Part shown: positions 12,296 to 21,012 of the stretch, piece by piece
Layout of the letters: every line of letters starts with the position of its first letter
Position numbering within the stretch: the stretch's first letter is position 1
Source of the DNA: a virus
Reading direction: 5' to 3' (one strand)
Virus record (IMG/VR): IMGVR_UViG_3300037504_001427
Coordinates: 23,640-87,639 of that record
DNA: 64,000 bases
Program-made: the position numbers and the translations under genes
The notes under the pieces: generated by a model
Seen by the model: the letters and a program-made list of their open reading frames with translations, nothing else
What the model was told of the DNA's origin: nothing
Databases searched by the model: none

Positions 12296-12762
12296 CGCCT
12301 GCCGCCGGCCTCCTGATGTGGCTCAAAGAGGTAGACCTGCACCTCTGGTTCGCGCTCGAAGGCTGTCACGATCAGGGGTTTGACCTGCTGCCAGTTCAGC
12401 CCACCAAGGCCGCAGCCGAGTGGCGGAATGGCAATCGACTGAATCTGGAAGGTCTGCACGACGGCAATCAGGTCATCCAGTCCGGTGGCGATGTCGTCCA
12501 GTTGGCTGCGCTGTCGCCAGTGGTCCTTGGTCGGGAAATTGATGATCAGCGGCGACTTGGCGCTGGTGTGCACGAACATCTTGCCCAGCTTGACCTGCCT
12601 CCGGTTGCAGGCGTCGCGGTAAGCAACGAAGTTGTCGGGCCAGGCATTCTTGAACTGGAGCGCCAGGCCCTTGCCCATCACGCCAACGGTGTTCACTGGG
12701 TTGACCAGCGCCTGAACCCGTGGTGCCCACGCCAAGATGTCGCCAGAGCAGGACTCGATCAC
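12292..12762 (-). CDS. macrodomain protein, DarG-like ADP-ribosyl glycohydrolase
   Basis: GDIL, LVNPVNTVGVMGKGLALQFK, IINFPTK.HWR and SIAIPPLGCGLGGLNW motifs; GTG start overlaps an MRYP-stop mini-ORF. Confidence 0.88.
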   Translation of the reverse strand: MIESCSGDILAWAPRVQALVNPVNTVGVMGKGLALQFKNAWPDNFVAYRDACNRRQVKLGKMFVHTSAKSPLIINFPTKDHWRQRSQLDDIATGLDDLIAVVQTFQIQSIAIPPLGCGLGGLNWQQVKPLIVTAFEREPEVQVYLFEPHQEAGGRR

Positions 12763-12769
12763 GGATACC

Positions 12770-14905
12770 TCATCGCCTGCCTGCCGCTGTGCCGAGCCCG
12801 TAGCCGTAGCCGTCGCCGGTGCCGTAGCCGGTGCCGTAGCCGGTGCCGTAGTCGGAGCCGGTGCCGGTGCTGTCGCCGTCGCCGTCGCCGTAGCCGTCGC
12901 CGAAGCCGTCGCCGAAGCCGTAGTCGGAGCCGTGGCCGTAGCCGTAGCCGTCGCCGAAGCCACCGCCGAAGCCGAAGCCGTAGCCGAAGCCATAGCCGAA
13001 GCCGAAGCCGGCACCTACTGGGTATCTCATCGCCTGCCCGCCACTGTGCCGAGCCCGAAGCCGAAGCCGTATCCGTTGCCGAAGCCGTCGCCGTAGCCGT
13101 CGCCGCTGCTGTTGCCGTTGCCGTTGCCGTTGCCACCACCGAAGCCGTCGCCGTTGCCGAAGCCGTCGCCGAAGCCGTCGCCACTGCTGTTACCGCGACT
13201 GTCGCCGTTGCCGTTGCCGTTGCCGCAGCCGTAGCCGAAGCCGAAGCCGTCACCTACTGGATATCTCATCGCATCATCTCCAGGCCTCCACTGTGCCGTG
13301 GCCGTGGCCGTAGCCGTTGCCGAAGCCGTCGCCGTCGCCGTAGCCGTCGCCGTTGCCGTTGCCGTAGCCGTCGCCGTCGCCGTAGCTGTCGCCGAAGCCG
13401 TATCCGTTGCCGAAGCCGTCGCCGTTGCCGTTGCCGTAGCCGTCGCCGTCGCCGTAGCCGTCGCCGTAGCTGTAGCCGTAGCTGTCGCCGTGGCCGTAAC
13501 CGTAGCTGTCGCCGCTGCCGTCACCTACTGGATAGTTCATTGCCCACCTCCCATCCGTAGCCGTCACCTACTGGGTATCTCATCGCCTGCTCGCCGCTGT
13601 ACCGAGCCCGAAGCCGAAGCCGTATCCGTTGCCGAAGCCGTCGCCGTAGCTGTCGCCGTAGCCGTTGCCGTTGCCGCGACTGTCGCCGTTGCCGTTATCG
13701 TTGCCGCAGCCGTAGCCGAAGCCGTAGCCGCCACCTACTGGATATCTCATCACCCACCTCCCACTGTGCCGTGGCCGTTGCCGTTGCCGTCGATGTCGCC
13801 GTAGCCGTTGCCGTAGCCGGCGCCGAAGCCGTAGCCGTAGCCGAAGCCGGCGCCGTCGCCGGAACCGTCGCCGAAACCGTCGCCGAAGCCGGAGCCTTCG
13901 CCGTCGCCGTCGCCGTCGCCGTAGCCGTAGCCGTCGCCGTAGCCGTCGCTGTCACCGAAGCCGTCGCCGAAGCCGAAGCCGCAGCCGTCACCTACTGGAT
14001 ATCTCATCGCATCATCTCCAGGCCTCCACTGTGCCGTGGCCGTAGCCGTTGCCGTTGCCGAAGCCGTAGCCGAAGCCGTAGCCGAAGCCGTGGCCGTAGT
14101 CGGAGCCGTAGCCGGTGCCGTAGCCGTAGCCGTAGTCGTCGCCGAAGCCGCCAAATCCGTCGCCGAAGCCGCCGCCGCCGTAACTGTCGCCGAAGTCGGA
14201 GCCGTCGCCGAAGCCGTAGCCGTCGCCGAAGCCACCGCCGAAGCCGAAGCCGTAGCCGAAGCCGTAGCCGAAACCGAAGCCGTCACCTACTGGATAGTTC
14301 ATCGCCCACCTCCCACTGTGCCGTGACCGTTGCCGTTGCCGTCGATGTCGTCGTAGCCGTGGCCGAAGCCGAAGCCGTAACCGTAGCACGCCGGCAGGCG
14401 CATCGCAAAAACGGTGAATGATGCGTCGCCGAAGTCGTAGCCGAAGCCGCAGCCGTAGCCGAAGCCGTCGCCAAAGCTGTAGCCGTAGCCGTAGCCGTCG
14501 CCGAAGCCGAAGCCGCAGCCGTCACCTACTGGATATCTCACCACCTGCCCTCCACCGTGTCGTAGCCGCAGCCGTCGCCGTCGCCGAAGCCGCAGCCGTA
14601 ACTGTCGCCGTAGCCGAAGCCGTGGCCGTTGCCGTCGCCGTTGCCACCACCTACTGGATATCTCATCGCCCACTTCCAACTGTGCCGTGGCCGCGGCCGT
14701 TGCTGTTGCCGCAGCCGTAGCCATCGCCGTCGCCGTCGCCGTAGCCGTAGCCGTCGCCGTAGCCGTCGCTGTCACCGAAGCCGTAGCCGTAGCCGTAGCC
14801 GTCGCCGTAGCCATCGCCGTCACCGAAGCCGTCGCCGTAGCCGTCGCCGTCACCGAAGCCGTAGCCGAAGCCGCCACCTACTGGATATCTCATCGCCCAC
14901 CTTTC
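12770..14905 (-). repeat. MxYPVG array, block D
   Basis: Units 12770-13030, 13027-13269, 13274-13540, degenerate ~13537-13583, 13580-13750, 13750-14007, 14012-14302, 14299-14541, 14538-14666, 14663-14893. Confidence 0.95.
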
Positions 14906-15014
14906 GCTGCTGGCGCCGGCTTGAGCCACCATCCACGCTATTGACCGTGACGGCTGAGTCAAGCCGCTCTGGCGCTCGTGTTTCAGCGGATTTCACCGAT
15001 CACGCTTCTTACTG

Positions 15015-15500
15015 AATCGGCGACATTTCCATTGTTAACTCTTACTAAGAAGACTAAACAAACCTTCTCCAAAGAAGTTACTGTTCTAAGGGCGAATTTG
15101 ATCTCATTCGGTTCTGCATGAGGGTCTCCTTCAGTTTAGAATGAGATCAAACCCCTTCTGTATACCCAGCTTTTAGAAAAATAATCAGTGATTATACTCT
15201 GTAGAAGATGTAACCTACCTTGGGGAATGTGGTTATAATTTACTATGGCATACATAAAGCTGTGATTACGGGCTGCTTAGGGCGTGATTCTGGCCAAATT
15301 CCAGTGATTATTAAGCTCTCTTTAACAGTTTTGTGAGCTATTAGCGCTTTTGCATGAGATCGACTATTTTTAACAGATCCGTTAAATTTGGTTTTTATGT
15401 AGGAGTAATCATGTGTAGCAACACCTGATTTGGTAGCGTTTTTTTTACTGAACTGTTAAAAAGAAGGGGCCGTTTTTCCTTGCAGTTAAGAAAACCAGTG
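15015..15500. promoter_or_regulatory. AT-rich divergent intergenic region, candidate replication origin or promoters
   Basis: No long ORF; clearly AT-rich; inverted repeats at 15097-15109/15139-15151, 15181-15195 and 15321-15330/15451-15460; next to the primase-helicase. Confidence 0.55.
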
Positions 15501-15553
15501 GACACTGCTGGGGATCCCTCCTACGGTCTTCCTCTTCCGTCGGGGTACTGCCT

Positions 15554-18328
15554 ATGCGCGATCTCGCAGCCGCGGTCTTTCCTGACCGCGAACCACTCGT
15601 GTTGACCTTCAAGGACAAGCATGACGATCCGGCCCTCCTTGTAGACCTTCGTGCTCCCCCGAGCCATCCGTATCAGTACCTGACGTGGGGACTTCCGGGG
15701 TGGCTCCGGTATGAGGCGGAGCGCGGGGCCGTCGCTCCGGGCACGCAGTGGGCTCGTGCGGCCCACTTGCGACGCAAGCGACAGTACCCTGCAGGAACAG
15801 CAGAGGAGGTGCGGCATACCCGAACAGGCCTAGCTGCCTCCGGTCCGCGGGAAGAGTATGGCGAGGGGATACCCTATCCTATCATGGTGGCCGAGGTTGA
15901 TTATCTGCTCGTACAGCCTGGGCAGGATGATCCTGAGTTGCGCCGACTGCAGCGAAACGCACTGGCTTACGCGCTCCAGGCTGCCAACTTCCCTTTCACA
16001 GCCCTGATCGACTCCGGAGGCAAGTCGATCCATGTCGTTATTCGCCTCCTACCTGAGTCCGGCCAGCAGTTGAGTGCGGCAGAATCAGACAAACAGATAG
16101 CCGAACAACGGGCCGGTCCCCGAGGGCGTCTTTTGGCCTATTTAATGGGGATTTTGCTTGGTAAATTGGATGTCGGGGTGTTCAAAATGTCAGGGAAGTG
16201 TACAAAACTTTGTCGTATGCCGAACGGATGGCGAGGCAGAATTAGACAAGATGTGCTTGCTGTTGGACGAGCCTACACGCTCAATGAAGTGCTGACCTAT
16301 TGCTGGGAGCGGGTAGTCCCTGAGGTGCGACAGGAAGCGCAGCAGCGCGGCACATGGGAGCCTGAGAACGACCTTATCCTTTCTGATTTGCGGCGCGACC
16401 TCCTGCGCCCCCATCGGCCCGGCGAACGGGGCACGCACTGGATGCACGTTGCCAAGAAGCTATCTGCCACCGGGATCGTGGGACCAGTGTTCCATCGTCG
16501 TCCCAGTCCGAATTTGGGACCGGCGCACAACTGGACTGCCCCGCCTCTTTGGTGGGTGGCTGCTTATGCCTTTCACCACTACAGCGACGGATGGTTCTTT
16601 TCTTTCAACGACACGGACTGGACAGACGAGGCCGAGCGTAATCGGTGGTTCACATATGCGGAAGCAACTGAGGCAGTGGAAGAAGGCCGGTACAGCGGTC
16701 GCCCAGGACACGATCGTCAGCGAGAGCAGGAAGCCGACGCCATTTATGCTCGAATGCGTGCGAATGCTGCCCAGACTGCGATGGAGGCCGATAGTGACGC
16801 AGCGGCTGAGAAGGCGATCAAGAAGCAAGCCAGCGCTCTGGAGAAGGCCCTTAAGTCTGGGGAGGATGAAAACCCCATCGAGGTGGCCGTTGTCCGTTTC
16901 TTCCAGAATTACGAGGGCGGAATTCTCCAACAGCCTGAGGGAACTCCATTACCGCTGGCGTATTCGGTGACAGAGGGGCAGTGGAAGCGCTTTACCGGCC
17001 GATGCTGGGAGGTCATTCCGCACGAGCCGTTTGAGGCCATTTTGCGGCACCATGCTTTCAGCACAGCCCCAACGACGCGCCAATTCAATGATGTTCTGCG
17101 GGAGGTCCAGCGCGACAAGCGCCTGCGATATGAGCAGCCATGGATACCCAATCTGCACGCTACGGTGTTCTCTAACGGGACGCTGTACTTCTCCGAACGC
17201 TTCGATGTCGTGCATTGGTATGAGGGAGTGTTCCGCCTCGAGGATCGTGTCATGAGTGTGTTGCCTCACCCGTATGTCGAGGGGGCCGAGGTCCCGAAGA
17301 TATGGACCGATTGGGTGGATTACTTCGTCGGCGGTGACAACGCGAAGGCGGCGTGCTTGCAGGAGTTCGCCGGGTATTGTCTGGTGAATGGAATGCCGAA
17401 GCACAAGTTCTTAATGATCGTCGGTGATGGAGGCAACGGCAAAGGCACGTTCAAGCACGTCCTCGCCACAGCCCTCGGCGAACACAATTGTACCTCCGTG
17501 GTTCTCGCAGAGTTGGCGAAGGACTTCAACCGGGCAATGCTGCCTGGGAAGATGCTTGCTGTGGACGATGAGGGCGAGGTGTTTTCTGAGGGGACATCAC
17601 GCACCGCTGGATCTGGAACAGTCAGTTATCTGAAACGCTGGATAGGCGGTGATTCAGTACAGATCAATCAGAAATACAAGGACGTCACGTCTTCTATCCT
17701 GACAGCCAAGCTGTTGGTGACCACGAATACATACCCCCGCCTCGTGGATCGCTCGGAAGGGCTCTGGCGCCGGCTTATCATGTTCAGGGTGGATGCCAAG
17801 CCGGCCAACGAGATGCCGGATGTTTATAAACTCTTGGTCCCGCACATGGTTGGGGTGGTCAAGTGGATGGTTATCGGCCTGCAGCGACTGCTCGCGAATG
17901 GACAATTCACGGTGTCGGAGCAGATGTTGGAGGAGATCAATGAGTACCGCACTGAACAGGATTCGATTGCTCTATTCCGCTCTGAGTGCATAGTGCCGCT
18001 AGATAATAGTGGGCACAGTTCAGATGTGCGAACGGCATATGCTGTCTACAAGGAATTTTGCGCCACTAATGGTATACATCCTGTTAGAAGAGTCGAGTTC
18101 AGCAAACACATGGGCGCTGTACGGGGACCTACTGTGCGGAGAAGTGTTTATTGTGTCTGGCAAGTTCCTGTAGAGAATGCTACTGCCGCCCATCCTAATT
18201 ATGTACTTAGGGGGGTCAAGTGTTTGGACTCTCTTGTTCGTCATCCACATACCCTTGTCACATATAAACCAACTATCGCTAGCGATACTATTCCCTTTCG
18301 TCCCGACTTAAAGAAAGCGCAGGTTTGA
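15554..18328 (+). CDS. primase-helicase (AEP/RepB-like primase + D5/P4-type SF3 helicase)
   Basis: IDSGGKSIHV and LCRMPN primase motifs; GDGGNGKGT Walker A, VDDE Walker B, TTNTYP, GLWRRL. Confidence 0.88.
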   Translation: MRDLAAAVFPDREPLVLTFKDKHDDPALLVDLRAPPSHPYQYLTWGLPGWLRYEAERGAVAPGTQWARAAHLRRKRQYPAGTAEEVRHTRTGLAASGPREEYGEGIPYPIMVAEVDYLLVQPGQDDPELRRLQRNALAYALQAANFPFTALIDSGGKSIHVVIRLLPESGQQLSAAESDKQIAEQRAGPRGRLLAYLMGILLGKLDVGVFKMSGKCTKLCRMPNGWRGRIRQDVLAVGRAYTLNEVLTYCWERVVPEVRQEAQQRGTWEPENDLILSDLRRDLLRPHRPGERGTHWMHVAKKLSATGIVGPVFHRRPSPNLGPAHNWTAPPLWWVAAYAFHHYSDGWFFSFNDTDWTDEAERNRWFTYAEATEAVEEGRYSGRPGHDRQREQEADAIYARMRANAAQTAMEADSDAAAEKAIKKQASALEKALKSGEDENPIEVAVVRFFQNYEGGILQQPEGTPLPLAYSVTEGQWKRFTGRCWEVIPHEPFEAILRHHAFSTAPTTRQFNDVLREVQRDKRLRYEQPWIPNLHATVFSNGTLYFSERFDVVHWYEGVFRLEDRVMSVLPHPYVEGAEVPKIWTDWVDYFVGGDNAKAACLQEFAGYCLVNGMPKHKFLMIVGDGGNGKGTFKHVLATALGEHNCTSVVLAELAKDFNRAMLPGKMLAVDDEGEVFSEGTSRTAGSGTVSYLKRWIGGDSVQINQKYKDVTSSILTAKLLVTTNTYPRLVDRSEGLWRRLIMFRVDAKPANEMPDVYKLLVPHMVGVVKWMVIGLQRLLANGQFTVSEQMLEEINEYRTEQDSIALFRSECIVPLDNSGHSSDVRTAYAVYKEFCATNGIHPVRRVEFSKHMGAVRGPTVRRSVYCVWQVPVENATAAHPNYVLRGVKCLDSLVRHPHTLVTYKPTIASDTIPFRPDLKKAQV

Positions 18329-18329
18329 T

Positions 18330-19205
18330 ATGCCAACGCCTATTTCTCATTCGCAAATAGAAGAGTTCAACCGATGCCAGCGCCGATGGGCGTACAGGAA
18401 GGTTCTTGGGCTTTCTCCAGATGGCGAAGACGAAACCGCCTTGCACTATGGCGACGCAGTTCACCTCGGCTTGGAGGACATCGGTCGTTCGTATCTCGAG
18501 GGCACGACGTCGACGCAGCCGCAAGCCGCACTCCTGAAGGTCCGCGAACGACTGGCGCAGCTTGGCGAACACTCATTGGTCGATCTCGCCGAGAGTCATC
18601 TCCAGGGCTTCGTACAGCACTTCCTGCCAGGGTTCCTCAGCGAGTGGCGGATCACCGCGGTGGAGCGGGAGGTCGAGCACGTCGTCGGAGAGATGCACTG
18701 GCGCGGCAAGATCGACCTGGAAGCCATCAATCAGCGCACCGGGGTGCATGCTGTCTTCGACTACAAGACGTCCAGTGCGCAGTATGCCCGCGAGTTGACG
18801 CGCTCGATCACGTCTTCGCACCAGTTCGCCAATTACTGCATCAGCCACTGGCGCCGGAATGGGAGCTGGCCAGGCGCTGTCGGTTACATCTTCTTGGGGA
18901 AGCCCAGAACCAAGACGCCACAGAACATGTGCCGACCCGAGAATTTCTTCATGGAAGTGCGGGATGTGTCTCCGCAGATTGCTCAATTCGCCATCAGTGT
19001 GGAGCAGGCAGACAGGGCAGTGACGACTATTATGGCCCAGATCCGCTCTGGCGTCGGGTACTATGGCGCCGGGTTCCTCGATCATGTGCCGGCTGACTTC
19101 GGCGCCTGTTCAAAGTTCGGTTCCACCTGCGGGTTCAGCGCTGGGTGCCATGCAGGAAATCCCTTGCATCAGCAGATCGCTGAGAGACAACGGCGCAGGA
19201 CATGA
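18330..19205 (+). CDS. PD-(D/E)XK (RecB/Cas4-like) exonuclease
   Basis: ISHSQI...CQRRW, G..VH, GKIDL, FDYKT, C-terminal Cys cluster. Confidence 0.85.
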   Translation: MPTPISHSQIEEFNRCQRRWAYRKVLGLSPDGEDETALHYGDAVHLGLEDIGRSYLEGTTSTQPQAALLKVRERLAQLGEHSLVDLAESHLQGFVQHFLPGFLSEWRITAVEREVEHVVGEMHWRGKIDLEAINQRTGVHAVFDYKTSSAQYARELTRSITSSHQFANYCISHWRRNGSWPGAVGYIFLGKPRTKTPQNMCRPENFFMEVRDVSPQIAQFAISVEQADRAVTTIMAQIRSGVGYYGAGFLDHVPADFGACSKFGSTCGFSAGCHAGNPLHQQIAERQRRRT

Positions 19206-20296
19206 ACTTGGAAGAACAACGGGCCGCCGAGCAGGCGAGATACGAGCACATCTACAGCGGCAAGGACAAACGCTTTGTCCGCTACGGCACCTCCAACCAC
19301 GGCAAGAATGCCATTCCCCAGATGCGCCAGCTAGGCCTTCTTCAGGACCGCCTGGCTGATATCGGCGGTGGGCGAGGGCAGTTTGCGCAACAGGCTCTGG
19401 CGTCTGGGGTGAAGGAGGCCTGGTCCATTGATTTCGCTTCGTCGGTAGACAAGCACGAGGGAGGCTTCCATTCAGTGAAGGCCCCAGCGCACGACCTGCC
19501 TTTGCAGGACGGGCAAGTCAGCGTTGTCACGTCTTTTGATATGATGGAGCACCTCATTCCTGAGGAGGTGCCCGCCGTGCTGCGCGAGATGCGCCGTGTG
19601 GCCACCACAGCCGCGGTGTTCTCGATCAGTTACAGCCGGAGCAGCCACACACTCCATGATCGGGGACTGCATCTGACGATACGCCCCGAACGGTGGTGGG
19701 TGCAGCAGATCGAGAAGTACATGGACCCGGTGGAGAAGGTGTTTGTTTCCGGCGGGTATATTTTCGCGATCTTCTCTTCCGTCTCCCGACTGAATGATGA
19801 GAACTTCGCTGGAAAGGACGTGATCGTCGTCGGAAACGGCCGAGCAAGAAGGCCGTGGCACCCGAAGGAGGTCGTGCTCCGCTTCAATCTCTTCCAGCCT
19901 GGGCCGTGCACGTTCTGTTGGTGCGCCGGCGTGGCTCACGTCGTGCGTTCAAATGCAGGCAGGGATATCTACATCGCCGAGGACCCGCGGCCCAAGAGCA
20001 TCAAGTTGCGACAGCACTACAGAGAGGCTCTGGCAGAGGCGGCGAAGGTTGCGCGGAGCGTGACATTGGTCCCCTCGTTTTTTGCATCGTCACTGCAGAA
20101 GCAGCTCGGTTCTTTTCCTTCCTCTGGCCTTCAGGCGCTCCACTATCTTATGGAGAACGAGGCCGCTTCTATTTCCATATGTGGGTTCGATCTGCTCTAT
20201 TCACCCTCCGTCGAGGTATGCAAAGCACATAATCCGGCGAAGGAGCACTATCTGCTCAACACATGGGTGCAGGAGAAGAGGATCCAGGCCTTATGA
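19202..20296 (+). CDS. class I SAM methyltransferase fused to a GT29-like domain
   Basis: DIGGGRG, FDMMEHL, HLTI; C-terminal VIVVGNG, PSSG, ICGFD, H...E. Confidence 0.7.
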   Translation: MNLEEQRAAEQARYEHIYSGKDKRFVRYGTSNHGKNAIPQMRQLGLLQDRLADIGGGRGQFAQQALASGVKEAWSIDFASSVDKHEGGFHSVKAPAHDLPLQDGQVSVVTSFDMMEHLIPEEVPAVLREMRRVATTAAVFSISYSRSSHTLHDRGLHLTIRPERWWVQQIEKYMDPVEKVFVSGGYIFAIFSSVSRLNDENFAGKDVIVVGNGRARRPWHPKEVVLRFNLFQPGPCTFCWCAGVAHVVRSNAGRDIYIAEDPRPKSIKLRQHYREALAEAAKVARSVTLVPSFFASSLQKQLGSFPSSGLQALHYLMENEAASISICGFDLLYSPSVEVCKAHNPAKEHYLLNTWVQEKRIQAL

Positions 20297-20988
20297 CTTT
20301 TGTAAGATCCTATTTGCGCCAGCATCCTGTGAAAACACGGCGGATAATCGTGCTCGGTAATGGAAGGTCGAGGCTTTACCTCCATCTGCCGAATCTGCTC
20401 CGTTGGTGTGATAAGCGAGGACACCTCCTGGTCGGGTGCAATGCGCTCTACCGTGATGTTATCCCGCACATGCTGGTGGCGGTGGACTCCAAGATGCAAA
20501 AGGAAATAGCGCTCGCCCAGATTCAGCATCCGGGCCAATTCAAGCGCTGTTCTTTCGTGCAGGTCGACAAACGTATTGGTCGGCGCAATATCCACATTGC
20601 AGGCAGTCGGTTCATGGAGTGGCGCCCTGATTGGCAGTCGGGCCATTCCGCGGTGCACTCAGCACTTTATTGGGTGCGCAATGAAGGGAAGCAGGAGCGG
20701 ATCATTGTTCACCTTGTCGGGATGGACATGTACTCGTTCCCTGGCGAGGCAAAGAAGATCAACAATGTTTATGTCGGCACGCAAAACTATCCCAGCACAG
20801 TGGACTCTCCTGTGTGGAATGATACTTTCGGCAAAGCGTGGGCGCGCATGTTCAACTTCAACCCGGAAATCGAGTTTGTTTATCGTATTCCGATGACCCC
20901 TTGGAACGCACCGCCGGGGTGGGACGCAAAGAACTTGACATGTTCACGGGCGGATTACCCTTGGCAATCTGACGATTCAGCCACATAG
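20293..20988 (+). CDS. MptE/DUF115-like (GT29-related fold) protein
   Basis: VLGNGRSR, GCNALYRD, LVAVD, SG.SA and LVGMD motifs; ATGA-coupled. Confidence 0.55.
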   Translation: MTFVRSYLRQHPVKTRRIIVLGNGRSRLYLHLPNLLRWCDKRGHLLVGCNALYRDVIPHMLVAVDSKMQKEIALAQIQHPGQFKRCSFVQVDKRIGRRNIHIAGSRFMEWRPDWQSGHSAVHSALYWVRNEGKQERIIVHLVGMDMYSFPGEAKKINNVYVGTQNYPSTVDSPVWNDTFGKAWARMFNFNPEIEFVYRIPMTPWNAPPGWDAKNLTCSRADYPWQSDDSAT

Positions 20989-21012
20989 CCACTTACCTTT
21001 TTGGGAATACCT

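Noticed and set aside
7252-12773. Classical integron
   Set aside because: No tyrosine integrase, and the junction lacks the attC R/L-box hairpin
11830-13560. Ala/Val-, Ala/Thr- and Arg/Ser-rich ORFs over the arrays
   Set aside because: Shadow frames of stop-free GGC-NAC repeats; only the Gly frame has SD, start and stop aligned to the junction
18330-19205. Cas4 as part of a CRISPR system
   Set aside because: Solo PD-(D/E)XK nuclease in a replication operon, which is typical of phages
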